Of a DNA stretch of 64,000 nucleotides, positions 47,972 through 58,571 are shown piece after piece. The notes beneath the pieces are model-generated. The model did no database searches. It had not been told where the DNA came from and worked only from the letters and a program-made list of their open reading frames with translations. Within the stretch, counting starts at the first letter, position 1; every line of letters begins with the position of its first letter. The translations under genes and the position numbers were made by a program. The DNA is from an uncultured Patescibacteria group bacterium (GTDB lineage Bacteria; Patescibacteriota; Minisyncoccia; Phycocordibacterales; UBA918): assembly GCA_934699595.1 (NCBI GenBank), contig CAKUWT010000003.1, forward strand, positions 10,130 through 74,129, in the 5' to 3' direction.

Positions 47972-49645
47972 CTAGAGGATCTCATCCTGGGAGACGACCA
48001 CTTTAGTTTTAAAGACTCGAGCATGGAAAGAGTAGTAAATTTCAGTCATTTCTTCGGATCCAAGTTTTAAATAAGTGAGAATAACAACCAGGAGGCCAAT
48101 ACTGCCAGCAATCGCTCCCTGCAAAAAGATACCGATGAAAGTATTCTGATTAATACCGTCTACCACCAAAAACAAAACGATATAAGCAGCGAAACTGCCC
48201 GCTAAAGTAGCCAAAATGGCCTGAAGCAGCTTTTTCTGCAGGGGCCGATAGGAGATAGCAAACTTAGTTTTTAAAAAGACCAGCAACAAAACTACCTGAA
48301 TAACAGTAGCCACCGAAAAGCCGATCGGCAAAATCAGAACCTCACCACCCTCCACATTAGCAATACGGAACAAGGCCAACAGCTCAGCCAGCCAATGCTC
48401 ATTTTGTTGAAACAACAGCATCAAACACCAGGCAGTAGCCCCCCCTACCAGGGTGGAAATACTGGTAACAATGAGTGGCACCTTGGAATAACCGCCCGCA
48501 TAGAAAGCTCTAATCAGCAACAAAGAGATTGCTTGCCCCACTAGAGTAATAATAAAAATGCTCAGTGCTGCAGCCGTGAGGCGAGTATCATCCCAATCAA
48601 AAGCGCCAGTGCCTAGCAAGACACGGGCGATCTGTGCACGGAGCACGATCACTAAGCCAGTAATCGGTAACGACCAGAAAATAATGTGGCGGAAGGCAGT
48701 CAATAAATGGGTATTAAAAACATCAATTTTTTGTTGCGAAAGTAAGCTAGTTAAAGTAGGAAACGCAGCAATGGAATAACTCATGCCCACGATTGCTAAG
48801 GGTACCGATTGTAGATTATAAGCAAATTGCAACACCGACGCAGAGCCGACCGTCATCACACTAGCCAAGCTGAAGAGAAAAATAAACAGCACTTGATTAA
48901 GGGATAGAGTAACCGACCGTGGAATAGCCACTGCGGCAATTTCCCTCAAGAGACGCCAGTCAAACTTAAAAATTAATCGTGGAGAAAAATGATTCTTATA
49001 GACCATCGGCAACTGTACTGCTAGGTGGCCAATTGCTCCTAGCACGACTCCCCAGGCTAAACCACTGATACCTATCACTGGATACAGGACCATGACACCA
49101 AAAATGATACCGACATTGTATAACAGAGGCGAAATAGCATAAATAATAAACCGCTGTGAAAGCTGGGTGATAATTCCGGCTAGGCTAGATAATCCGAGGA
49201 AAAACGGCTGGAGTAACATCACTCGTGTTAGCAGCGTCAGCTTCAACTGATCTTCGACAGCAAAACCATGGAAGATTTTCGGCAAGATTATTGGAGCCAG
49301 GACAAATAGGATTATCGCTACCACTAGATACACAAGTAAGAACAGGGTCATCATCTGGTTGACAACCCTGTTCCCAGTATGGTCTCTTTCCTCCAGCCGC
49401 GTAACAAACGGCAACAGTACATAGACCGACAATACCGAGGCAAATAAAGTAAATAATAAATCAGGGATTCTAAAAGCTGCGTAGTAAATATCTAACTCCG
49501 CACCCGCACCAAACTGGTGTGCCAACACTCGATCTCGAACGAGCGCAAGTAACTGTGAAGCCAGTGTGAAGAACGCAATAATATAAGCGGCTTGGTGCAA
49601 ACCTTTAATTTCTTTATATAAGACCCCCAGTATCTGCCGCACCAT
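47972..49645 (-). CDS. murJ: lipid II flippase MurJ/MviN family
   Basis: 14-TM protein; YYAAFRIPDLLFTLF resembles the conserved MurJ N-terminal region. Confidence 0.7.
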   Translation of the reverse strand: MVRQILGVLYKEIKGLHQAAYIIAFFTLASQLLALVRDRVLAHQFGAGAELDIYYAAFRIPDLLFTLFASVLSVYVLLPFVTRLEERDHTGNRVVNQMMTLFLLVYLVVAIILFVLAPIILPKIFHGFAVEDQLKLTLLTRVMLLQPFFLGLSSLAGIITQLSQRFIIYAISPLLYNVGIIFGVMVLYPVIGISGLAWGVVLGAIGHLAVQLPMVYKNHFSPRLIFKFDWRLLREIAAVAIPRSVTLSLNQVLFIFLFSLASVMTVGSASVLQFAYNLQSVPLAIVGMSYSIAAFPTLTSLLSQQKIDVFNTHLLTAFRHIIFWSLPITGLVIVLRAQIARVLLGTGAFDWDDTRLTAAALSIFIITLVGQAISLLLIRAFYAGGYSKVPLIVTSISTLVGGATAWCLMLLFQQNEHWLAELLALFRIANVEGGEVLILPIGFSVATVIQVVLLLVFLKTKFAISYRPLQKKLLQAILATLAGSFAAYIVLFLVVDGINQNTFIGIFLQGAIAGSIGLLVVILTYLKLGSEEMTEIYYSFHARVFKTKVVVSQDEIL

Positions 49646-49650
49646 AAGGT

Positions 49651-52137
49651 CTACTCTACCATTTCCGACTCGGTAACGTTAGTGTCTACCTGATCGGGAT
49701 CCTCAATCACCCTGGAGGTGACCTCTTCAGGCTTCGGTGGAGCACCTACTGAAGGCGGCACATTCTCGGAGACTACTGGTGTCTCCCCGCCAGTAACGTT
49801 TATTTCTGTGATCTCACCACTTTTAATCTTACTAATTATCTCAATCAAGAAGTCATTATCTGGAGAAAGTTGCTTAACGCTCTCCAACTCAGTAATTGCC
49901 AAATCTTTCTCACCCTGGTTTAGGTACTGAATGGCACGCATATAACGAGCATTGGCGTAATCAGAATCAAGTTCAAGAGCGCGGGTAAACGCCTTGATAG
50001 CCTCTTCTGGGTTTTCCTTAGCTATTTCCAATACTCCCAACTGGTAATAGCGACCAGGTACATTTGGCTCCAGTTTTAACAAAGTTTTAGTACTAGCAAT
50101 AGCCTTATCAAGATTTCCAGCTGTCGCCTCTAGCTGCGCAGAGAAGTTTAACGCCTCGGTAAAATTAGGCTTCTGTTTTAAAGCTTTGTCCAAATATTCG
50201 CGAGACTCATCATATTTTTGCATCCGAGCGCTGACTTGTGCCAGATAAAGATTGTAGAGCGGATTATTCGGTTCCAAACTTAAGGCGTGCTTGAAAGTGT
50301 CGTTAGCCTTATCATCAGCTCCCTCCACTTCGGTAGAGACTAGTAGCGAGTAGGTACTAGCCAAGGCCAACCAGTTATTGACGTCCCGCGGGTTAAGACT
50401 GACTGCGGTCTCAGCGGTCGAAATCGTCGAAAGAAATAGACCCTCAAACTCCTCTCGGTCACCATCATCCGGCTCGGCAATCGCTAGAAGTTGCCCCAAT
50501 CGACTCTGATAAACCCCCACCAGCTCTCTCAGATACAAGTCGTAAGTATAAAGCTGGTAAGATTTTACCAATCCTGCTTCCCACTCTCCCAACTCTGCTT
50601 CAGCAGAGATTTTGCTTGGCAAAGTGACGTAGTTGTAGGCAGCTAGTAATTGCTTAGTGGCTAAGTAATTAAAAGAGATCAGGAAAACAATCAGCACCAG
50701 GACACCGGCCACTAAGGCGAAGCCTTTTTGTCGATCACCGTTAACCACCAGCTGCAGCTTTTCCGTACCAGATAATTGCTTAGCACTAACTACCAGTAAT
50801 CCTGTCGTGGCTACCGCTATTAAAATCGGCACAAAGCCAGCCGTCATCAGTAAAAGGACTGCCCATAAATAAATTGCTCCCGAAAAAGCCGCACTACCAA
50901 ATAAAAACCACAAAGTATTTGGACGATCTTGTTTACGTAACAGCATTCGCAGCCCTTCATAAACCAAACTACCCAAGAAGAACAACCAAGCTAACACACC
51001 AATGACGCCGGTCGTCACAAACCAAGTAAAGAGATAGCTACCGCCGCTAAAAAAACTAGTATTCCAAAAAACAGTTTGATTGATATCCTCAGTTTTATAA
51101 AGTCGCCAGTTTTCAACAAAGGTATTTGGGCCACTACCAGTGAAGAAGTTCTGACGGTAGATATCCTTACCAATACTGATTGTGGCGGCAATATTTGGTC
51201 GCACATCCATATAGGAAAGATTGTAATAATTGGTGACTTTCTGGTTGAAACTAGTACCCAAAAAAAGCATCGCTGTGGTTACTAAAAAGACCGTCAACAA
51301 AATTACTACTGATAAATTCTTAATGGTTAACTTTGGTGAACTAACTCTTTCGCTTGGTAGGATAAACAAGTCTTTGACCAGTGAGTATACCAATAACAGC
51401 AAGGAGAACCCTGACAACATGAGCCACAAAAAACCAGCATTGAGGAGTAAAAGGTTAAATAATGCGACGAGAATATTGAGACCAAGAATAGCAGTAATTG
51501 TGCCTGAGAGTCGCTTCTGGGAAACAATTACCAGTGTCACCACTACGAGAAATCCCGCCAAGATACCAACGTCTGCCAGACTACCAACGAGGGCCTGACT
51601 CCAGGCCGGAAGATTCATTCCAAAGACCTGCCCTTTAGTCAATACAACAAACAACTGGTACCAACTCACCACACTAAGAGCCGCAAATAGTCCCACACTG
51701 ATGAACAGCGCAGTTCTTTTAGTGCTGACCAGAACCATTGTGGTAACCAGCACCATCCCTAACAGTGCTAAATTGCCAACAGTAAAGACGTCGAGCACCA
51801 CTCCGAAGAATGACTGTTTAATACTGGCGGCTAAAATTCCAGACAAGGCAGCAGCAGCTACGACCGCACCAAATGAGACTACTACTGGCGAAAACCAATA
51901 ACTGACGCGACCGCTCCGCAAGGTGGCCAAGGCCAATAAGATTAAAGACAGGGAGATTCCAAATAAAAGTATGTAAATTTTAGCTACTCCTAAGCTAGCC
52001 GCAACTCTAGGAAGAAAAAGTAGTGGCCAAGCAAGAAAAGTGACAAAAAAACTCAAAGCCGCAGACTTCAAAAAGAAACGATGCAGAGAGTCGAAGTGCG
52101 GTGTCGCTGATAATGGTGAAAAAGATGGAATATTCAT
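49651..52137 (-). CDS. O-antigen-ligase-like polytopic membrane protein with C-terminal TPR repeats
   Basis: Many TM helices in the first ~480 aa, then TPR-like repeats (..YLAQV..KYDESREYLDKALK..). Confidence 0.5.
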   Translation of the reverse strand: MNIPSFSPLSATPHFDSLHRFFLKSAALSFFVTFLAWPLLFLPRVAASLGVAKIYILLFGISLSLILLALATLRSGRVSYWFSPVVVSFGAVVAAAALSGILAASIKQSFFGVVLDVFTVGNLALLGMVLVTTMVLVSTKRTALFISVGLFAALSVVSWYQLFVVLTKGQVFGMNLPAWSQALVGSLADVGILAGFLVVVTLVIVSQKRLSGTITAILGLNILVALFNLLLLNAGFLWLMLSGFSLLLLVYSLVKDLFILPSERVSSPKLTIKNLSVVILLTVFLVTTAMLFLGTSFNQKVTNYYNLSYMDVRPNIAATISIGKDIYRQNFFTGSGPNTFVENWRLYKTEDINQTVFWNTSFFSGGSYLFTWFVTTGVIGVLAWLFFLGSLVYEGLRMLLRKQDRPNTLWFLFGSAAFSGAIYLWAVLLLMTAGFVPILIAVATTGLLVVSAKQLSGTEKLQLVVNGDRQKGFALVAGVLVLIVFLISFNYLATKQLLAAYNYVTLPSKISAEAELGEWEAGLVKSYQLYTYDLYLRELVGVYQSRLGQLLAIAEPDDGDREEFEGLFLSTISTAETAVSLNPRDVNNWLALASTYSLLVSTEVEGADDKANDTFKHALSLEPNNPLYNLYLAQVSARMQKYDESREYLDKALKQKPNFTEALNFSAQLEATAGNLDKAIASTKTLLKLEPNVPGRYYQLGVLEIAKENPEEAIKAFTRALELDSDYANARYMRAIQYLNQGEKDLAITELESVKQLSPDNDFLIEIISKIKSGEITEINVTGGETPVVSENVPPSVGAPPKPEEVTSRVIEDPDQVDTNVTESEMVE

Positions 52138-52474
52138 AAAAACTGGCGAACAAAAACCGTTAACTTAATATAGTTCTATATTAACATAGCAAAAAACCGC
52201 CAACCTGAGGGTTGACGGTTTTTCTGCATATAAGCCGAATTCTGTATGCCACACCTATTTTATCATCGAGTCAACTACTTGGCTGGCACAAAAGTAAAAT
52301 CCTTTCGGACAATGACTCAATAGCAAAATAGGTGTGGCATGGTGGTCATATATCTGGGATAGCTGTTACCAACTACCTCAAGCGGCTCTCCCAGCCCCAG
52401 TTTCGATAATCATTTATTACCTAAAGTGCTTTACTCACTCAGAATCAGCCTGTTACGGATGGAAAATAAATAAT

Positions 52475-52975
52475 TACTAAAACTGGGGCTGGGCACGGCC
52501 TTGCACGCGAGTAAGGATTTAGCCGTTTCACCCGAGCACGTTCTAGAGCGACTATCAAACAGTCAGAATAATTACGAAACTTCGTGAGAGCATTATTCAA
52601 AACGATAATCGCACCAGAACGTGCTCGGCTACACCCCAAAAAGGAATGCCTGATACTGTTTCCAGCACCAGCGTCTCTGTTCGCACCTCTCCAAGCACGT
52701 CCTGGTGGGGATATTAACGACAGTAATTTCCTTACCCTTCAATAGGAAACTACTCGAGACAATACCCGCACAAGGACGTGCTCGGGACGGGGGTTACCCG
52801 CTACCTGGCTCCGCGGTCCCAGATTTTACCAACAGCAGTGTACTGCAGGCAAAATCTGGGACCGGGGCGTGTTCGGACTTTCCTCCCAGTTTCACTTTTT
52901 TCCTAACCTTCCGTAACTAATAATCAAGGCAAAGAAAAAAGTGAAACTGGGCGACCAACCCTGCTCCCATACTAT
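52475..52975 (-). ncRNA. rnpB: probable RNase P RNA with unusually long P3 and extra long-range helices (boundaries approximate)
   Basis: Minus strand reads GGAGGAAAGTCCGAAC (P4 5' strand consensus) directly after a 16-bp-stem P3 hairpin, and a CR-III-like GTTAATATCCCCACCAGGA downstream. The region is 890 bp of noncoding DNA. Confidence 0.5.
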
Positions 52976-53028
52976 AGCATAAAATCACCTCCTGTAAAGT
53001 GAGCCTCTTTTCTTACTTAAATTATTTT

Positions 53029-53538
53029 TTACTCTACAAACAATCTCTTCTCCGCTATCTCGGGAACAACCGCTCCCGCCGTCAATCCCCATTCCGCCGT
53101 CTTGCCGGCATTAACCTCAACTACATACCTTACAGGAGCGGCAGGAAAAAATACTTCAGGGTAACTCTCTGGGGTAGCCCCTTCTTTAATTGTCACGACC
53201 TCCCCCAGACTATCAATCCAGATAATATCAATTGGAAAACTCATTTCCTTCATCCAAATCCCCCATTCACCATCTTGGGGGAAAATAAACAACCTTCCTG
53301 TCGTAGCTGGTAATGATTCTACACCAGACAGTCCTTGCGCCCGCAGAGCTTCTGTATCTAGGATCTGCACTTCTACCGTTGCGGTTCCCAGAACTAAATA
53401 ACTAGTCTTAACTTTACGCTGCTGACTCTGAGTAAACCAGATACCACTCACAAGAGCCACTATGATTACTAACAATAGTATTTTTCCTGCCATTACCGCG
53501 GGTCTGTTTTCTCTACCCATCTTTACATTATAAGTCAT
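53029..53538 (-). CDS. DUF192-family protein (COG1430)
   Basis: ..GLSGVESLP..GRLFIFP..WMKEMSFPIDIIWIDSLGEVV..YVVEVNAG pattern; ATG at 53536-53538. Confidence 0.6.
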   Translation of the reverse strand: MTYNVKMGRENRPAVMAGKILLLVIIVALVSGIWFTQSQQRKVKTSYLVLGTATVEVQILDTEALRAQGLSGVESLPATTGRLFIFPQDGEWGIWMKEMSFPIDIIWIDSLGEVVTIKEGATPESYPEVFFPAAPVRYVVEVNAGKTAEWGLTAGAVVPEIAEKRLFVE

Positions 53539-53609
53539 TAGCACTCTCGAGAAAGCCAGTTTTACTAAAGTAAAACTGGCTTTCTTACCCCCACACACTT
53601 CTCTCCAAT

Positions 53610-54434
53610 TTAGATCTTAGAAATCACCTCGGCCTTAGCACGCAACCCTTCTACGTAATCACGAACCAGTTCCTGTTCACGTGCCTGCTGTAATTGTAAC
53701 AAAATTATCTCTCTAGCCTCATCAAACTCTGGTAAGTTATCCGGCATAGTAACTTTAGCCTCATCGTAAACCGCCTCAATCTCCTCCTCGGTAATTTCAA
53801 TAGTACTTTGGTCAATAGAACTCTCTAACAACGCTTGTACTACATACTCGTCCTTAATGTCTTGCAGCAAAGCTTCCCGACTAACTTTCATCAAGTCTAA
53901 CTGTTCAAGTAAAACTTCTTCCCCACCCAACTGTTCAGCAATTTCGTTGTAGCGCTTAGCAATCTCTTCATCTGTCGCCACAATTCCTTGAGTGGCAGCC
54001 TCCTGCTTTAATAATTCTGTATTAATAAGCATGTCCAGAGCTTGTTGAGAAACCTCCGCAGAAATCTCACTATTGTTCATGTCATATCCTTGCATTCTTA
54101 AATTCTGCGACACTTGCTTAAGATTCTTTTCGTAATCAGCTTGGGTAATTTTCACCCCATTAACCAGCGCGGCTGTCTGTCGTTCTTTAACCAATGTATT
54201 CAAAGCCGTAAACCAACCCGTTTCTAGGCGCCCCTGCCTCTCCAACCCATATAACAAGAGACCGGTCAGTACAGCAACCACAATAATAGCCAGTAGAGCG
54301 TTACGCCAAGGGTGGCTTTTTTTAGTAACAGTTTTTATTTCAGTAGAAGTCCCCCCTTCCCCCGCGGCCATTTCTGGCGCGTCCATTACTTCCTCCTCAA
54401 CAACCTCCTGTTTTTTCTCCAGATTTTCACTCAT
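53610..54434 (-). CDS. SurA-N-terminal-domain-like chaperone/membrane protein (no PPIase domain recognised)
   Basis: Acidic N-terminus, TM anchor, then a helical SurA_N-like region. Confidence 0.4.
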   Translation of the reverse strand: MSENLEKKQEVVEEEVMDAPEMAAGEGGTSTEIKTVTKKSHPWRNALLAIIVVAVLTGLLLYGLERQGRLETGWFTALNTLVKERQTAALVNGVKITQADYEKNLKQVSQNLRMQGYDMNNSEISAEVSQQALDMLINTELLKQEAATQGIVATDEEIAKRYNEIAEQLGGEEVLLEQLDLMKVSREALLQDIKDEYVVQALLESSIDQSTIEITEEEIEAVYDEAKVTMPDNLPEFDEAREIILLQLQQAREQELVRDYVEGLRAKAEVISKI

Positions 54435-54540
54435 ACTTTAAACTTAACTAAATATTATCAAAACTTATCTACATTCAAACCCCTCTAGGATAACACGGAT
54501 TCTCTCTCAAAACATCTCAAAAGAACCTCCTCCATTAGGA

Positions 54541-55308
54541 TTATTTTAAAGCCCCTGGGTGTTGTGCGCTCCAAGCAAATAAAGTAACCGCAGTAGCTGC
54601 TGCTGCGTTTAACGACTCACATCGTGGGTGCATAGGTATTGAGAGAAGAGTATCACATGCCTCCCTAGTCTTTTCTCGCAACCCCGATGCCTCATTACCC
54701 AGCACAAAAGCGCTCGGCTTGGTGAACTGCTCAGTCGTTAATGGTACTGAGTTATCTTCTCCAGCTAAGCCGTAAACCCAGAAACCGCGCTTCTGCAAAT
54801 CAGCAATGGTGGCATTCACATTACGAATAGTTACCAAAGGCACCCGAAAGGCCATACCAGCCGAAACTTTAATAACTGTCCCAGTGATAGGTGCCTGATT
54901 GTGTGGTGGAATCATCACTGCCCTAAGGCCGAAAGCCGCTGCACTACGGATGGCGGCCCCAACATTGTGCGGATCCTGTACCTCACCGAGAATTAGTACT
55001 GCCGAATCATTAGTGAGAGTTTCTACCTCCATAAACTCTTTGTATTCTCTTACTAATTTATTAACCTTTATACCAGCTACCACCCCCTGATGTACCGCGT
55101 CTCGAGATAAACCTCCTGGCAACTTACGTTCGTCAAGTGGTTTTGGTCCTAGAGTTAGCTTCTTCAGTTTGTACAAAAACTCCTGATCGCGAAATTCGGG
55201 ATCCAAATATAAATCCTTAAAAATATCTGGTCGCAAGCGCGCTGCTTCTGATACGGCATGCTTACCGTAGATGTAAGTTATTTCTGGCTGCGAATTTCTG
55301 TTCACCAT
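54541..55308 (-). CDS. rlmB: 23S rRNA (Gm2251) 2'-O-methyltransferase RlmB / SpoU family
   Basis: IYGKHAVSEA start, EVQDPHNVGAAIRSAAAFG SPOUT motif. ATG at 55306-55308 with GGAG RBS; the track start at 55362 also possible. Confidence 0.75.
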   Translation of the reverse strand: MVNRNSQPEITYIYGKHAVSEAARLRPDIFKDLYLDPEFRDQEFLYKLKKLTLGPKPLDERKLPGGLSRDAVHQGVVAGIKVNKLVREYKEFMEVETLTNDSAVLILGEVQDPHNVGAAIRSAAAFGLRAVMIPPHNQAPITGTVIKVSAGMAFRVPLVTIRNVNATIADLQKRGFWVYGLAGEDNSVPLTTEQFTKPSAFVLGNEASGLREKTREACDTLLSIPMHPRCESLNAAAATAVTLFAWSAQHPGALK

Positions 55309-55377
55309 AACTCCAGCATCATAACATGAACAGCCCGTTGAAAAAACATAGAAAAATGTCATAATTGCTTGGACTTT

Positions 55378-56415
55378 ATGGCTGACAAAAAAAATAATTT
55401 CACTTTAAAAAAATCAGTTTTCAGTCGTTCTTCTCTGCTGGTGTTATTGCTAGCTATTCTGATTATTAGTTTTTATTTATACAAAAACCCTTCCTATCAA
55501 TTTGATCTGTCAAAAATGATTTTTCCAGATCGAGTTGTCGATACTAGCGTAGCGGTCGTACCTTTTCCTGTCGGAATTGATCCCGTCAACAAAATCATCT
55601 CTGAACAAGCTAATCTCACTGAATTCTTAAAAAACGAGGTCGCCTCTAATCATTTCCCTAAACACACCAGTGAAAACTGGTGGCAAAAAATTCAATCCCA
55701 ACTAGTGCAGTGGGAGTGGTACCAAAATCTAGCCTCCTCTACTGGAAGAATTATAGTGGTGCAATCTGGAGAAAAAGCCAGTCAAGTCACAAATAATATC
55801 AGCAAAGTAATGGGGTGGGATCAGTCAGAAAGAGATATTTTTCAGACTGTGATGGCGGATAACCCCCTTCATTTTGCTGAAGGTGTTTACTATCCTGGAA
55901 AATACACCGTAGCAAAAGGAGCGTCGCCGATCGAAGTAGCAGCCGTCATCAAAACGGCCTTTCAAGAGAATATTGTAAACCGCTTCCCCGCAGAGCTCGT
56001 CGAAGCTCTACCTCTAACCGAAGTACTCACCTTCGCTTCTCTACTTGAAAGAGAAGCTTACGATTTTGACGACATGCGTACTATTTCGGGAATTATCTGG
56101 AATCGGCAATTTATTGACATGAAACTCCAACTCGATGCCACCATGCAGTATGCTAAGGCGGAACGTGACGGATTGACTAATTGGCCCCAACCACTACCGG
56201 CTGACAAAAACATCGACTCACCATACAATACTTACAAATATGCCGGCCTGCCGCCGGGGCCGATTGCCAACCCCTCCATCGACGCAGTCATTGCCGCCCT
56301 TAACCCACGCGAAACTAAGTGTTTTTTCTACTTTCACGACAATCGAGGCAACCTGTACTGTAACGAGACCTATGCCGGGCATCAGGCTGATCTAAAACGC
56401 GTCTTTCCTAAATAA
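55378..56415 (+). CDS. mltG: endolytic murein transglycosylase MltG/YceG
   Basis: Hallmark SPYNTYKYAGLPPGPIANPS; ATG at 55378 (the track start at 55369 is a TTG). Confidence 0.8.
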   Translation: MADKKNNFTLKKSVFSRSSLLVLLLAILIISFYLYKNPSYQFDLSKMIFPDRVVDTSVAVVPFPVGIDPVNKIISEQANLTEFLKNEVASNHFPKHTSENWWQKIQSQLVQWEWYQNLASSTGRIIVVQSGEKASQVTNNISKVMGWDQSERDIFQTVMADNPLHFAEGVYYPGKYTVAKGASPIEVAAVIKTAFQENIVNRFPAELVEALPLTEVLTFASLLEREAYDFDDMRTISGIIWNRQFIDMKLQLDATMQYAKAERDGLTNWPQPLPADKNIDSPYNTYKYAGLPPGPIANPSIDAVIAALNPRETKCFFYFHDNRGNLYCNETYAGHQADLKRVFPK

Positions 56416-56440
56416 AATCTGCAGACCAAAGGAGAATGAG

Positions 56441-57046
56441 CTATTTCCTCTGCCCTCGCCAAAAACGAACCACCTGAGCCAAATAAGCGAGGGCGAAGAA
56501 AACAATAATCAAATTAGAAATAGGGTTAACGTATTTCTCCACTAAATAAATATCATCGAGAAGAAGGTAGCCTGCCATAATCAAGCCGGTGTTAAAGATC
56601 AATGTTCCTGCTCCAGAGATTACCAAAAACCGCCAGGGCGACATTCGTACCGAACCAGCAGGGATAGAAATCACTGACCTCACGGTCGGGATCATCCTAG
56701 CCCAAAAGACGGTAGCGTTTTCATGGCGTTCGAAAAACTTCGAAGCCTTAGTAAAATCCTTATCGGTGATGGCAATATAGCCACCAAAACGTTGGAAAAA
56801 ATTATGCAGCCTATCCACCGACAGTACCCAGCCAAACAGAAACCAGAATGAAGTTCCGACAAGTGAGCCGACGCTAGAGATAATAATCCCCAGCCAGACA
56901 TTAATCTCACCCATAGCCGCCGAGTGCCCAACGTACGGCAAAATCACCTCTGAGGGAATGGGCGGGAAAATATGCTCCAGGATCATCAACAGAAAAATAG
57001 CCACGTAACCGTGACTACTCATAAAAGTCAGCATTAGTTCAGTCAT
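56441..57046 (-). CDS. DedA-family membrane protein
   Basis: HGYVAIFLLMILEHIFPPIPSEVILPYVG matches the DedA signature. Confidence 0.75.
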   Translation of the reverse strand: MTELMLTFMSSHGYVAIFLLMILEHIFPPIPSEVILPYVGHSAAMGEINVWLGIIISSVGSLVGTSFWFLFGWVLSVDRLHNFFQRFGGYIAITDKDFTKASKFFERHENATVFWARMIPTVRSVISIPAGSVRMSPWRFLVISGAGTLIFNTGLIMAGYLLLDDIYLVEKYVNPISNLIIVFFALAYLAQVVRFWRGQRK

Positions 57047-57180
57047 ATTCCTACCAGTATACCCCGATTATCAGCGGGAGTTTCTGCCCACTTGTGGGCA
57101 GAAACTCCCGCTGACTAACTTTCCGTCCAATCCACCAAATCTGGTGTCTGAAATTACTAGAACAGTCCTCTCTTAATAAA

Positions 57181-57924
57181 TTATTCAAGACCGAAAGTGA
57201 CTCTAGCAGTCACCATAATATCCTTATTCAAGCTCGCCGTGTCATAAGTGCCGTAGTCACTGATATCCACACCGCCAGCTGGCAAAACCTGCACCACTCC
57301 TCCGGAAGCATTGCGCAACTTTCCTACCTTACGCCCAGAATTAATAGCGATGGCGTTAGCTCGATCGGTAGCGTCCTTGATGGCTTGCGTTAGTAAACTC
57401 ACTCGTTTCTCATCCAACTGACTATAAGTTAGCTCCAGTCCAAAAATAGAGACGTTGTAACCACTGCCTGCAAAGACCGCGGCGTTATTAGCAAAATCAC
57501 CCAGCTTCGCTACCTCGGAACTGCGGACCACCACACTGCGGTTTAGCTGGAATCCAGTCTGCACTGGCTCCGAGTTCTGTGGATAATAAAAATTTGGATT
57601 GGTGTTCCCTGCCGGAGTTTCTATTTCTGTCAGACCCTGCTCTTTGAGAAAGGTCACAATTTTATCCACGCCAGCTTGCAGTCTTTTAGCTGCTGCCTCC
57701 TGGTCATTAAGTCCAGATTTTGTATCGAGACTAATAGTCAATCGACCTAAATCAGACACAACAGACTCTTTAGCCGAACCGGTCACCTCAATAGTATCAT
57801 TAGCCAACTTCACCTGATAAAAAACATGGGCACCATACCAAACCATTCCCGCCAAGCCGATAACTAAGATCGTCGCCGCTGCCACTAGCGGCTGGGCATA
57901 ATCAAATAGTTTACTAATATTCAT
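57181..57924 (-). CDS. SIMPL/DUF541 periplasmic protein
   Basis: TM anchor followed by a SIMPL-domain-like fold (..VTGSAKESV..LTISLDT..RVTFGLE). Confidence 0.5.
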   Translation of the reverse strand: MNISKLFDYAQPLVAAATILVIGLAGMVWYGAHVFYQVKLANDTIEVTGSAKESVVSDLGRLTISLDTKSGLNDQEAAAKRLQAGVDKIVTFLKEQGLTEIETPAGNTNPNFYYPQNSEPVQTGFQLNRSVVVRSSEVAKLGDFANNAAVFAGSGYNVSIFGLELTYSQLDEKRVSLLTQAIKDATDRANAIAINSGRKVGKLRNASGGVVQVLPAGGVDISDYGTYDTASLNKDIMVTARVTFGLE

Positions 57925-58152
57925 AATACTCAATATTATACTCCAGAAAGGTTTCCTTAGCGATAGGATCAAAGAAAACCTCAAACTTAAGATCTAAACT
58001 ACAGCTATAGTTACAAATTACCCCGACACCTCGTAAGAGGTTACGGGGATAACCTTATTTAGGCGCGAAACTAATAAAGTTTATCTGCTTTAGTTTGTTT
58101 TGTTTTTTCTTAATCATTACCGCTGCCGATTATTAAGCACCAGAAAGAAGAA

Positions 58153-58180
58153 AGACCTCACCAGTAAGCTGGTGAGGTCT
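58153..58180 (-). terminator. 12-bp stem hairpin agacctcaccag taa ctggtgaggtct downstream of the 58236..58571 gene
   Basis: Perfect inverted repeat followed on the minus strand by ttcttctttct. Confidence 0.45.
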
Positions 58181-58235
58181 TATGTTCGCGAGCGAAGCAT
58201 ATTCCTCTCTCCGTTTTTTGTTATTCTTGAGAACT

Positions 58236-58571
58236 TCACGCCACAATCTGATGACGCACCCCGCTCAGGATTTCTCGTACACGGTCACTGACCGTGACGC
58301 CGTTGGGCAGAGCCAGTCCGCACCGGAACTGCCCAGGCCCATGCTCCGCCCGGAAAACTGGAGTGGTGGCAACGACAGCCTGTTCCAACATTTCTTCCAG
58401 AAGCCTTTCCGCTTCCAAAAGAGTTGCAGCCAGGCGTCGATTGGTAGCTGCTCCGCCCCAACGACCGCGATATTTCACGATCACCGAGTAAGAGACATTA
58501 CCCCCCTCCAGTCCGGGCACCACTTCCGATATTGAATATTCGATACCGGACGCGAAGTTGTGATTCATCTC
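58236..58571 (-). CDS. GC-rich (~58%) orphan ORF, hypothetical 112-aa protein
   Basis: ATG (MEMNHNF..) preceded by AGGAGGAAAAAA; GC far above background; no family recognised. Confidence 0.45.
   Translation of the reverse strand, partial: EMNHNFASGIEYSISEVVPGLEGGNVSYSVIVKYRGRWGGAATNRRLAATLLEAERLLEEMLEQAVVATTPVFRAEHGPGQFRCGLALPNGVTVSDRVREILSGVRHQIVA

Noticed and set aside
52445-52920. Track ORFs 52445..52639(-) and 52705..52920(+)
   Set aside because: They lie inside the probable RNase P RNA / structured noncoding block, are low-complexity Arg/Pro-rich, and have no RBS.
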